Assembly: GCA_963840935.1 (NCBI GenBank)
Contig: CAWJAS010000001.1
Location: forward strand, 320,875-384,874
DNA: 64,000 nt
Source: Candidatus Magasanikiibacteriota bacterium
Lineage (GTDB): Bacteria > Patescibacteriota > Patescibacteriia > Magasanikbacterales > GWA2-37-8
Reading direction: 5' to 3'
The position numbers were made by a program, and so were the translations under genes. The notes under the pieces were generated by a model that saw only the letters and a list, made by a program, of their open reading frames with translations, made no database searches and was not told the origin of the DNA. This document shows positions 10,171-18,974 of the stretch, piece by piece (the stretch's first letter is position 1; the number at the start of each line of letters is the position of its first letter).

Positions 10171-10482
10171 ATGCCTGAGAGTTTTACACCAGAACAAATA
10201 CAAGCAATGAAATTGGCACAAGAGGCCGTGAAAGCAGGGGCTTCACCGGTAGAAGTTGTAAATACTTCAGAAGACACTCGTGCTGAAGCGAAAGCAGAAA
10301 GATTGAAAAAAGCTACAGAAATTTTTAATCAAGCGGTGGCAGAGGGCCATCCAAATCCTGCAGAGCGGGTTGTTGAAATTTTGGGACAGCAAGAACCAGG
10401 GATGGCTGAAGATGAAGCTCATGCAGAACTTTTAAAGCTCGCTGAATTAGTCGCGCAAAATGAGGCTAAAAAAGCCGCTTAA
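10171..10482 (+). CDS. Small acidic helical hypothetical protein
   Basis: ORF with its own promoter TTGACT-17-TATAAT (10082-10110); E/A-rich. Confidence 0.75.
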   Translation: MPESFTPEQIQAMKLAQEAVKAGASPVEVVNTSEDTRAEAKAERLKKATEIFNQAVAEGHPNPAERVVEILGQQEPGMAEDEAHAELLKLAELVAQNEAKKAA

Positions 10483-10626
10483 CTCTTGACACTATAAAAA
10501 AAACAGGTTATACTCTTTTTAACCTGTTTTTTGTTTAAATACAGGCCTTATTCATCTCTCACCAATTCAACTTTTTCCTCTTTGGGGCCAATCCCAGAGC
10601 AGAATCGGGAGGTTAAAGGAAAAACT

Positions 10627-11418
10627 ATGCCTAAATTACCTACATTGCTTGAAATGCTTCAAGCAGGCGTGCATTTTGGCCACCAAAAGTCACGCTGGCA
10701 CCCCAAGATGAAACCATATATTTATGGTGTTCGCGGAGGTGTTCACATTATTGATTTGGAAAAATCTTTAGGGGAGCTTGAGAAAGCTCTGGATTATGCA
10801 AAGAACCTGGCCTCAGAAGGCAAGGTTATTTTATTTGTCGGCACCAAGCGCCAGACCCGCGAATTAATCAAAAACGCGGCGGAAAAATGCGCCATGCCAT
10901 ACCTGACCGAACGCTGGATTGGCGGATTGCTCACAAATTTTGAAGAAGTGCGCCGACGCCTGCGCAAATACCATGGCATGAAAGACCAAGTGGCGACCGG
11001 CGAAGTGGAAAAATACACCAAAAAAGAACAAGCTAAATTTAAAAAAGAATTAGAAAAAATGGACCGTTATTTGTCGGGTTTGGGCAATATCGACCGTTTG
11101 CCGGAAGCAATATATATTGCTGACTTCCGAACGGAAAAAACCGCTCTGGCCGAAGCACAAAGAAAAGATGTTCCGGTCATCGGCGTATGCGACACAAATG
11201 TTGACCCGCGCGATGCCGATTATCCGATCCCGGCAAATGATGACGCGGTTAATTCAATTCGGTTGATTGCCGACCTGCTTTCCGAAGCAATCAGCGAAGG
11301 AAAAGTGGAATACGAAAAAAAGAAAGCGGAATCTTTAAAAGAAGCAGAAAAATTAAAAGCGGCCGAGCAAGCCAAGAAACCGGCTCCAAGAGTAATCAAA
11401 AAAGAATCTTCATTATAA
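10627..11418 (+). CDS. rpsB: 30S ribosomal protein S2
   Basis: AGVHFGH, RWHPKM, ILFVGTK, RWIGGLLTN, DTNVDP, IPANDD; start at ATG 10627. Confidence 0.98.
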   Translation: MPKLPTLLEMLQAGVHFGHQKSRWHPKMKPYIYGVRGGVHIIDLEKSLGELEKALDYAKNLASEGKVILFVGTKRQTRELIKNAAEKCAMPYLTERWIGGLLTNFEEVRRRLRKYHGMKDQVATGEVEKYTKKEQAKFKKELEKMDRYLSGLGNIDRLPEAIYIADFRTEKTALAEAQRKDVPVIGVCDTNVDPRDADYPIPANDDAVNSIRLIADLLSEAISEGKVEYEKKKAESLKEAEKLKAAEQAKKPAPRVIKKESSL

Positions 11419-11438
11419 AATCTTAAGCATCACTAAAT

Positions 11439-12293
11439 ATGGCAAACATTGAAAACATCTCAAAATTACGTGAAATAACCGGAGCCGGAATGATGGATTG
11501 CAAAAAAGCTCTTGAAGAAGCCGGTGAAGACATGGAAAAGGCGGCGGAAATTTTGCGAAAAAAAGGAATTGTCAAAGCAGCAAAAAGGTCCGACAAAATC
11601 GCGGCCGAAGGTTTGACCGCGGTCAAAGTCGCGGGCGACACAGCTTCGATTGTTGAAGTTAACGCCGAAACGGATTTTGTTGCCAAAAGCGATGAATTCA
11701 AAAATTTAGTGGCGACTATTGTCGATAGTATTGCCGAAAAAAAACCGACAACAATTGAAGAAGCGCTCTCCGGAGAATTGCAAGATAAATTCAACGAAGC
11801 GGTTGCCAAAATCGGTGAAAAAATTTCTTTGCGCAGATTTGCTGTTTTCACAAAAGGTTCCGACGAGGTAATTGGCTCGTATCTTCATATGGGCGGTAAA
11901 ATTTCTGTTTTGGTTGCGCTCAAAGGTGGTAACGAAGAATTGGCAAATGAAATCGCCATGCACATTGCCGGCGCCAATCCAAAATATTTGAATCGCGAAT
12001 CGGTGGACCCGGGCGAAATCGCCAAAGAAATCGAAATTGCTTCCGAACAATTGCGCACTCAAGGCAAGCCGGAAAACATTATCGAAAACATTGTCAAAGG
12101 AAAAATGGATAAATACTACAGCGAAATTTGTCTTTTGGAACAACCGTTTGTTAAAGACGAAGAAAAAACTATCAGCAAATTGGCCGAAGAAGCCGGCGCG
12201 ACAGTGAAAGAATTTTGGCGCTATGAATTGGGCGAGGGGATAGAAAAGAAACAATGTGATTTTGTGGCGGAAGTGAATGAACAACTGGGCTAA
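11439..12293 (+). CDS. tsf: Elongation factor Ts
   Basis: LREITGAGMMDCKKAL, EVNAETDFVAK; follows rpsB. Confidence 0.98.
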   Translation: MANIENISKLREITGAGMMDCKKALEEAGEDMEKAAEILRKKGIVKAAKRSDKIAAEGLTAVKVAGDTASIVEVNAETDFVAKSDEFKNLVATIVDSIAEKKPTTIEEALSGELQDKFNEAVAKIGEKISLRRFAVFTKGSDEVIGSYLHMGGKISVLVALKGGNEELANEIAMHIAGANPKYLNRESVDPGEIAKEIEIASEQLRTQGKPENIIENIVKGKMDKYYSEICLLEQPFVKDEEKTISKLAEEAGATVKEFWRYELGEGIEKKQCDFVAEVNEQLG

Positions 12294-12336
12294 AGGCATT
12301 ATTCTGTTGAGCGCAGATAGTTAAGCCAATATTATT

Positions 12337-12370
12337 AAAAACCCGTCTCTTTCAGTGAGGCGGGTTTTTT
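12337..12370 (+). terminator. Intrinsic terminator
   Basis: aaaaacccgtctc...gaggcgggtttttt. Confidence 0.8.
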
Positions 12371-12467
12371 GTCCACAGGGTTTGTTTGTATGCCTTTTGC
12401 ACAATATTTGTGGTATAATATACATGATGTGTCATATCATCATTTTTGTATATTAATTTAAATATTT

Positions 12468-15400
12468 ATGAAGCTACCTAAAAAGCTTCTAGCTTTGGTT
12501 TTATTAATAATGGGTTTTGTCGCCGGATATTTTTTGTTTGATTCAAAATCGGCAAAAGCATTTAATCCCGGTGATTTAATAATTAGTGAGTTTTCGCTAA
12601 CACCGAGCGGTCAATGGATAGAATTATTAAATACGACCGGCAGTGATATTGATTTGAGTGACTGGGACGTTTCGGTAACTTCGCTTAGCGCGGACGATAC
12701 TGTAAGTGGCGGACCTAGTTCAATGACTATGTCCGGATTGGTGCCGGCCAATGGCATGTTGGTTGTTTATGGTGTGGATTTATGGTTGGGAGAATTACCA
12801 ACTCCATCATTTTTACAATTAATAAACAACAGCGATGTTATTTCAGCTGTTTCTTACGGTTATCATTTTTATACCGCGCCTTATGTGGACCAGCCGGATT
12901 ATAGCGCGGGAGAAACTGCCATGCAGGATAACGAAGGTAATTGGAGTGTAACAACGTCAGTGAGTTTGGGTTGGTACAATATTACAACGAGTACTTTGGA
13001 TTGCGATAGTCCGCCCACTCCTGGGCCGGGAGTTACTCCGCCGTCGCTTTCCGCGATCGAATTGTGTTTGCCATCAGGAGTGACTTCAAATATTACCAGT
13101 GGCATCACAGACCCGACGAATGCTACCGGACTTTATTTTGAAAAAGAGGGGATGGGAGAAATTGTTTTTGGTTCAACATTGAATTTGACAGACCAAAATA
13201 CTTTGAATTTGTTGCAAAATTTAAAAACAAAATTGGAACTTGATGGCGGTAAGGTAAGATTGGACGCAAGTACTGCCACCCTTATTAGAGATGTTGGCGC
13301 TGAAATTTATTTTTATGGTTTAAAAGATTTGGGTTATGACAATATCGATACTAGTTCAATTATCGTGAGAGATGATAGTGGTGATATTATTCCGACCAGC
13401 TCCGTTGATTATCCGGAAATAACCGGCGTCAATTGGTATGATACCAATACCGGCACTTTGCAATTTAATACCGAACATTTTTCCGGCTATGAAACCAGCC
13501 CGATTCTTTCCGAAGTGACTCCGGTACCGGACCCAACCGGCACCACCACTCCTGATTATACTTTTAGCGCCAATGTGACGGGAACTTATGTGTTTCTCGG
13601 CGATTGCGCGGGCACCCCGACCGGCTCCACAACGAATGGTAATAACACAATCACCATTGGCCCGGTGTCTGAGAGTTATCATTCCAACTGCGCGGTTAAA
13701 GTAATTGACGGGGCCGGCAATTCAAGCACGCTCCAAATGAGTCCATTCACTGTGGATGTAACCGGCCCGCAGATGGCGACAACTACACCAAATCCGACAT
13801 GCGTGGGCGCGGGAGCTGTTGGTTCCAGCACCTTCACTTTTACTGTCAATTACAATGAACCGATGGATCAAACGGCAACTCCGACAGTGTTTTTTGACCC
13901 GCCTTTGTACGCGGTGCTTGTTGATTCTTCAAGAACTTACAGCTGGGTCAGTTCCACGGTATTTCGCGTAACCTCCGATGTTGCCATGCAAGACGGAACG
14001 GTTGTTACAAATGTAACTTCCACTGTTTCCAGCACAAAAGATATGGCCGGAAATTATTCTGCCGATAATGTTATTGTGAATAGTTTTTACGTTGATTTTG
14101 CCACTTCTTCAGCGCCATCGCTCGATACGGTAAATGGAAGTATGAATCACCCTCAAACCGGAAGTAATTCCAACCCACCGATTGTTGTTAGTGGTTTAAC
14201 CATAGGCGATATATTAAAAATTTATGACGGCGCAACAGAAATTGATAGCGTCACCGCTACGGCCACCACCATGGCAAGAACGCTTTCTTTGACCGAAGGC
14301 AGTCATGATTTATCCGCCAAAGCTGTTGACCCGTGTGGTAATGTGAGTGATGCTTCAAATGTAATTACATATATATTGGATTTGACCGCGCCGAGCGCTC
14401 CGGTTATCACCGAAATCAATGGCAGTACTTCTTCACCCGCTTATGGCAATACAAGTACCCCACAAATAAAATTAACCGGTGAAATAGGAACGTATTATTA
14501 TTTGTATGATACGGACGGCGTAACAGTGTTAGCCACGAACGCGGTTATGGGTTCTCCGGAAATATTTTATACCAGTCCGCTTTCTGTCGGCACGCATACT
14601 TTAACCGCCAAACTTGTCGATTCAGGTAATAATACAAGCACAGCTTCAGCTTCTTTTAACTATATTTATGATATAACTCCACCGTCCGTTGTTTCTGTAT
14701 CTACCACAAAACCCGACGGCGCTTATCCAAAGGATGCGATTGTTGGTATAAATGTAAATTTTGATGAAACTGTCACAGTGAACGGAACACCCTGGCTTTA
14801 TCTAAATGTCGGAGTCGGACGCTATGCTCCATGGCTCGCTTTCGGTATGAATTATTTTAGCTATACTGTTGTATCAGGCGATGCTTCTCAAGATTTGGAT
14901 TATGCTTCAACAACCGCGCTTATTTTAAACGGTGGAACAATCAAAGATTTAGCTGGCAATGATGCTGTTTTGACTTTACCCGCCACCGGAACTTTTGCCG
15001 GAGCATATGACATTATTATTGATACAGCCACCCCGACTGTCGCCTTTACAGATGATGTTGAAGCAGGGCCGGTCGCAAGCGACACTATTACAATTACAGT
15101 TTCAGATGCCAACCCTTATCCAAGTTCTTATGCTTATGCTTACAGCAGTGACGCGGTTTGCGACGGCTCAGACACTTATTCAACTTCGTTTACTTCTGGA
15201 AGTTCTTTTACAGTAAGTTATAACACAAATAATGGAAAATATATTTGCGCCCGCGCACGAGATTTAGCCAATAACACAACTTATTTGGCCAGCGCAAATC
15301 CGCTCAATGTTAGCACCGCTCCGCCAAGCAGTGGTGGTGGGGGAAGCAGTCGAGATATGTCGGCGCCGACAAATATTTCCCTCAAAATAAATAATGGCGC

Positions 15401-16331
15401 TACTTCAACCGCCTCAACCACCGTAACTTTGAATATGACCGCGACTGACGCGACCTATATGAAGATTTCTAATTCGCAGTTGTTTACCGGAGCGGAATGG
15501 GAAACTTTTTCCACTTCCAAAACATGGGTTTTGGAAGCCGGTCTTGGTGAGAAAAAAGTATGGGTTCAATTTCGAGACGATGCCTACAATTTAGCCGACT
15601 CATTGTATGATACCATTCAACTTGTGTTGCCGGGCGAAGAAAGTCCCGTAATCACTGTTATAGAAGAAACACAAAAGTCCGCTGTTGGCCCTAGCTGTCC
15701 GGTATTATCAAATGGGGATATGGTAAAAGTTATCGGCAAGCCGGCGATTTATTCAGTCGATAAATATTTACAAGCGCTGTATTTTCCATCCGGCGATGAA
15801 TTCAAATCATGGCGACCAACATATGGCGGGTATCTATCCATTGACCAGGCTTGTTTTGACTCTTTAAATGTGCCAAAAAATTATCCGGCAGCGGTTAATT
15901 ATCGTCCGGGTTCATATTTGATTAAAAGGCCATCGTCAGATCAACTTTATGTGATTTTGCCGGGCAATACTTTGGCAAAAATAACTCCGGAAGCGGCGGA
16001 AGCGCTTTATGGCACCTCGGCATATTCCGGCGGTGTTGGCAATAAAGTAATGACAGTGTCCGATGTTTTCTGGCCACATTATGTTAATCGCTCAGCCGAT
16101 ATCACCGAAGCCAAAGCGCACGCGGGTATGGTCATAAAGGTTTCAGGAAAAATTTATTATGTGGATATGGAAAATAAATTAAGAGAAATGACAACCGCCG
16201 GATTCAGCGCCAATGGGATCCAAGAGAGGTTTATTCGCGCGGTCCAGGAATTGGCGATTGCCGGTTTAGTGGAAGGCGATTTGATTGAAATGGAAATACA
16301 GGAATTAACCAACAAGACGCAATCCTTCTAA
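12468..16331 (+). CDS. Large secreted/surface protein (lamin-tail-like domain, Ig-like repeats, C-terminal repeat domain)
   Basis: Signal peptide; LIISEF..QWIELLNTTGSDIDLSDW (LTD-like); repeated D.AGN.S / D.T.P Ig-like motifs; T/S-rich; GGGG linker. Confidence 0.8.
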   Translation: MKLPKKLLALVLLIMGFVAGYFLFDSKSAKAFNPGDLIISEFSLTPSGQWIELLNTTGSDIDLSDWDVSVTSLSADDTVSGGPSSMTMSGLVPANGMLVVYGVDLWLGELPTPSFLQLINNSDVISAVSYGYHFYTAPYVDQPDYSAGETAMQDNEGNWSVTTSVSLGWYNITTSTLDCDSPPTPGPGVTPPSLSAIELCLPSGVTSNITSGITDPTNATGLYFEKEGMGEIVFGSTLNLTDQNTLNLLQNLKTKLELDGGKVRLDASTATLIRDVGAEIYFYGLKDLGYDNIDTSSIIVRDDSGDIIPTSSVDYPEITGVNWYDTNTGTLQFNTEHFSGYETSPILSEVTPVPDPTGTTTPDYTFSANVTGTYVFLGDCAGTPTGSTTNGNNTITIGPVSESYHSNCAVKVIDGAGNSSTLQMSPFTVDVTGPQMATTTPNPTCVGAGAVGSSTFTFTVNYNEPMDQTATPTVFFDPPLYAVLVDSSRTYSWVSSTVFRVTSDVAMQDGTVVTNVTSTVSSTKDMAGNYSADNVIVNSFYVDFATSSAPSLDTVNGSMNHPQTGSNSNPPIVVSGLTIGDILKIYDGATEIDSVTATATTMARTLSLTEGSHDLSAKAVDPCGNVSDASNVITYILDLTAPSAPVITEINGSTSSPAYGNTSTPQIKLTGEIGTYYYLYDTDGVTVLATNAVMGSPEIFYTSPLSVGTHTLTAKLVDSGNNTSTASASFNYIYDITPPSVVSVSTTKPDGAYPKDAIVGINVNFDETVTVNGTPWLYLNVGVGRYAPWLAFGMNYFSYTVVSGDASQDLDYASTTALILNGGTIKDLAGNDAVLTLPATGTFAGAYDIIIDTATPTVAFTDDVEAGPVASDTITITVSDANPYPSSYAYAYSSDAVCDGSDTYSTSFTSGSSFTVSYNTNNGKYICARARDLANNTTYLASANPLNVSTAPPSSGGGGSSRDMSAPTNISLKINNGATSTASTTVTLNMTATDATYMKISNSQLFTGAEWETFSTSKTWVLEAGLGEKKVWVQFRDDAYNLADSLYDTIQLVLPGEESPVITVIEETQKSAVGPSCPVLSNGDMVKVIGKPAIYSVDKYLQALYFPSGDEFKSWRPTYGGYLSIDQACFDSLNVPKNYPAAVNYRPGSYLIKRPSSDQLYVILPGNTLAKITPEAAEALYGTSAYSGGVGNKVMTVSDVFWPHYVNRSADITEAKAHAGMVIKVSGKIYYVDMENKLREMTTAGFSANGIQERFIRAVQELAIAGLVEGDLIEMEIQELTNKTQSF

Positions 16332-16408
16332 AAAATAAATATTAACAAGGGCGCCATCAATTCGGGCGCTCTTGTTTTTTTGGCCAAAACACGTTAGAAT
16401 CTTGTCAT

Positions 16409-17662
16409 ATGATTAAATTAACCATTCACAAAAACAGAATCGGACCAGTTCGCGGAAGGCATCCGTGGGTTTTTCAGGGCGCCATAAAAAAGATTCCCGA
16501 AGGACTATCGAGTGGAATGATTGTTCACTTGTTTGACGAGCGAGGCGATTTTTTGGCGCAAGGATATTTTAATTCATATTCGCAAATGGCGGTGCGCTTG
16601 TGGAGCTGGGATGAAAGCGAAAAAGTTGATTTGGATTTTTTTGTTCAAAGGATTCAATTGGCGAGCGAACTGCGCAAAAATTATCTTGAATCAAAACAGA
16701 CCGATTCTTATCGCTTAATAAACAGTGAAAATGATTTACTGCCCGGTCTTATTGTTGATAAATACGCCGATTATTTGTGCGTCCAGTTTCACAATCCGGG
16801 AATTGAATTTTGGAAATTGACCATTATTGACGCGCTGGAAAAAGTGATTAAACCAAAAGGAATTTATGAGCGCTCCGATGTCGGCGGACGAAAAATTCCA
16901 CATTGTCATTGCGAGGAGCGAGGAACGAGCGACGTGGCAATCCCTTCGGATTTGACAAAAGAAACCGGCCACACCGGTACCCTCATGGGCACCATCCCCG
17001 AAAAAATAAAAATAACAGAAAACAACATCAAGTTTTGGGTTGACCCGGTGCATGGCCAAAAAACCGGATTTTTTCTTGACCAGCGCGACAAACGTTTGGC
17101 CGTTCAAAAATATATTAAAGATAAAAATGTTTTGAATTGTTTTTCATACACCGGTGGCTTCAGTGTTTACGCTCTTTCAGCCGGAGCAAAAAAAGTGACC
17201 AGCGTGGACACTTCAAAAGAGGCGCTCGCTTTGGCCGAAGAAAATATTAAATTAAACGGATTGAACGCAAAAAAATCGGAATTTATTTGCGCTGATGTGA
17301 AAGATTATTTGCGCGAATTATTGGAAAAAGACCCTGACGAGCGCGAAGATTTTGACGTGATAATTCTTGACCCGCCAGCTTTTGTTAAAGACAGGCGCAA
17401 AGTCCGCGAAGGATTAATGGGGTACAGAAATATAAATGAATTTGCCTTGCGTTTGCTTTCTTCCGGCGGGATTTTAGTCACTGCGTCATGTTCCACTCAT
17501 GTTTCGCTTCAAGATTTCCGCTATGCCATATCCGAGTCCGCCGGTCGGGCCCGCAAAACCGTTCAAATTTTAGAAACATTCACTCATGGTATTGACCATC
17601 CGGAATTGGTTGCTTTTGTAGAAGGGGATTATTTGAAATGTTTGATTTGCCGGGTGGTTTAA
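16409..17662 (+). CDS. rlmI: RlmI-like 23S rRNA m5C methyltransferase with an in-frame repeat insertion
   Basis: PUA domain (HPWVF), GQKTGFFLDQR, LNCFSYTGGF, ILDPPAF, ASCS, YLKC. Confidence 0.9.
   Translation: MIKLTIHKNRIGPVRGRHPWVFQGAIKKIPEGLSSGMIVHLFDERGDFLAQGYFNSYSQMAVRLWSWDESEKVDLDFFVQRIQLASELRKNYLESKQTDSYRLINSENDLLPGLIVDKYADYLCVQFHNPGIEFWKLTIIDALEKVIKPKGIYERSDVGGRKIPHCHCEERGTSDVAIPSDLTKETGHTGTLMGTIPEKIKITENNIKFWVDPVHGQKTGFFLDQRDKRLAVQKYIKDKNVLNCFSYTGGFSVYALSAGAKKVTSVDTSKEALALAEENIKLNGLNAKKSEFICADVKDYLRELLEKDPDEREDFDVIILDPPAFVKDRRKVREGLMGYRNINEFALRLLSSGGILVTASCSTHVSLQDFRYAISESAGRARKTVQILETFTHGIDHPELVAFVEGDYLKCLICRVV
16904..16942 (+). repeat. REP/RPE-like palindromic element inside the coding frame (peptide CHCEERGTSDVAI)
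   Basis: 38 of 39 nt identical to the intergenic copy at 17800-17838. Confidence 0.9.
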
Positions 17663-17664
17663 TC

Positions 17665-17840
17665 TGTCATCCTGAACCTACCTTCGCGGGGAAGGATCTT
17701 TCGGCACTTCGTTTTGTCATCCTGAACTTGTTTCAGGATCTCTCGGTGTCATTCCCGCGTCCCAAAGGGATCCTTTAGGGAAAGATAGGTTCAGTCGCGT
17801 GTCATTGCGAGGAGAGAGGAACGAGCGACGTGGCAATCTC
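17665..17840 (+). repeat. Cluster of four TGTCAT-initiated palindromic (REP-like) elements
   Basis: Units start at 17665, 17715, 17747 and 17800; each starts TGTCAT and is followed by a hairpin. Confidence 0.85.
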
Positions 17841-17855
17841 TTAAATTTTATAAAT

Positions 17856-17880
17856 AAAAAGCCCATAAATTGGGCTTTTT
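17856..17880. terminator. Intrinsic terminator (bidirectional appearance)
   Basis: aaaaagccca-taaat-tgggcttttt. Confidence 0.75.
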
Positions 17881-18021
17881 ATAATTATGATTTTCGCTAA
17901 AATTAGCCAAGAAAGACCCTTGACCCTGTTAAGTAAGCCAAGAAAACTCTGTGTATAAAATTAACAAAATAGGCTTAATAAATCCAGTAAGAAAATGGCT
18001 AAGATTAGCCATTTAATAGGG

Positions 18022-18050
18022 TTGACAAAAAGGCGAAAATGTGATATAAT
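18022..18050 (+). promoter_or_regulatory. Consensus sigma70 promoter
   Basis: TTGACA-17-TATAAT with extended TG. Confidence 0.85.
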
Positions 18051-18144
18051 ATGTCGTTAGCTTATAAAAAACGCTCATTTTAATTAAAAACAAGCACAAA
18101 ACAAGAAAAATGGTAAGCCACGGGCCAAAAATAGGAGAGAGCAA

Positions 18145-18780
18145 ATGGCAAAGGCAAAAGAATCCGAGCTTTCGAAGGGTTTCGACAGTATGTTCGAGAT
18201 CGTGAAGCTCATCGTCAACGCGGTGCTGGACATCGGTGGGGACGACTCGGACCTCGAGCACATTACGAAGAACGCCAACCTGCGCATGGAGATAGCGAAG
18301 CTAATCGTCGGCACTAACAACAACACCGCCGACACATTCACGGCGTTCGTGGACTACATCACCCCGTCGTTCCTTCAGCTCATGGAGTCCTTCAGTAAGG
18401 TAAACGCTGCGTTCGAACTGGGGGAATTTCATGGGAGAGTCATCTGTAAGCCGGTCAGCCGTGAGCCCCGCGAGTTGGAGTTCGTCTACGTCCATATGGA
18501 CCGTAGCGTCTCCACCGAGGAAGTTCTCGCCGAGATGGACAAGCGCAAACTGCGTCCGGCCATCTTAGAGGAGCTCGTTGCCTTCGCTATGGCCTATCCC
18601 GAAGAGCAGAGGAAGTACCCTATCATTGGCCTCGGTACTTACTGCATAGTGGGTGCGTACAACCGCCGCTTCCGCGCTGTGCCGCACCTCAACGAGAATA
18701 GAGATGGACGCTATCTGGAACTGAACAGGGACGACTACGCTTGGCTCGACCACTACCGGTTTCTGGCCGTAAGGGAGTAG
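18145..18780 (+). CDS. GC-rich orphan protein; C-terminus resembles C-type-lectin-fold/DGR-target-like proteins
   Basis: SD AGGAG; RPAILEELVAF..YPEEQRKYPIIGLG...VPHL...W...RFLAVRE*; codon usage visibly different from neighbours. Confidence 0.75.
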   Translation: MAKAKESELSKGFDSMFEIVKLIVNAVLDIGGDDSDLEHITKNANLRMEIAKLIVGTNNNTADTFTAFVDYITPSFLQLMESFSKVNAAFELGEFHGRVICKPVSREPRELEFVYVHMDRSVSTEEVLAEMDKRKLRPAILEELVAFAMAYPEEQRKYPIIGLGTYCIVGAYNRRFRAVPHLNENRDGRYLELNRDDYAWLDHYRFLAVRE

Positions 18781-18821
18781 CGGTCATTGATTCCTTGGAT
18801 ACTCGGCAATTGGCCATGGTC

Positions 18822-18841
18822 CCTGCCTACCGGCAGGCAGG
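18822..18841. repeat. 20-bp palindrome CCTGCCTACCGGCAGGCAGG inside a ~7-nt periodic tract
   Basis: Near-perfect palindrome embedded in YTTGGNN-like repeats. Confidence 0.75.
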
Positions 18842-18871
18842 CTTGGATTCTTGGTCGCTTGATGTTCATTC

Positions 18872-18904
18872 GGCCCGACATGAAATGTGTCGGGTCTTTT
18901 TTTT
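18872..18904 (+). terminator. Intrinsic terminator
   Basis: ggcccgacat-gaaat-gtgtcgggtc-ttttttt. Confidence 0.8.
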
Positions 18905-18974
18905 ATCCTTGCCACCATCATTGTTTCTCGCTATAATAATAATGATTTAATTCCCACTAATCATTTTTTATTAT

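Noticed and set aside
10531-10626. N-terminal extension of RpsB (similar extensions in the track for prmC, rplJ, the M50 protease and the 49916 ORF)
   Set aside because: Family homology starts at downstream ATGs; the extensions are leader, promoter or neighbouring-gene sequence.
17665-17840. CRISPR array
   Set aside because: The units are not identical repeats, spacing is irregular, and no cas genes are present.
18145-18904. Complete DGR locus
   Set aside because: No reverse transcriptase, Avd or template repeat is visible in the window; kept only as a possible remote target.
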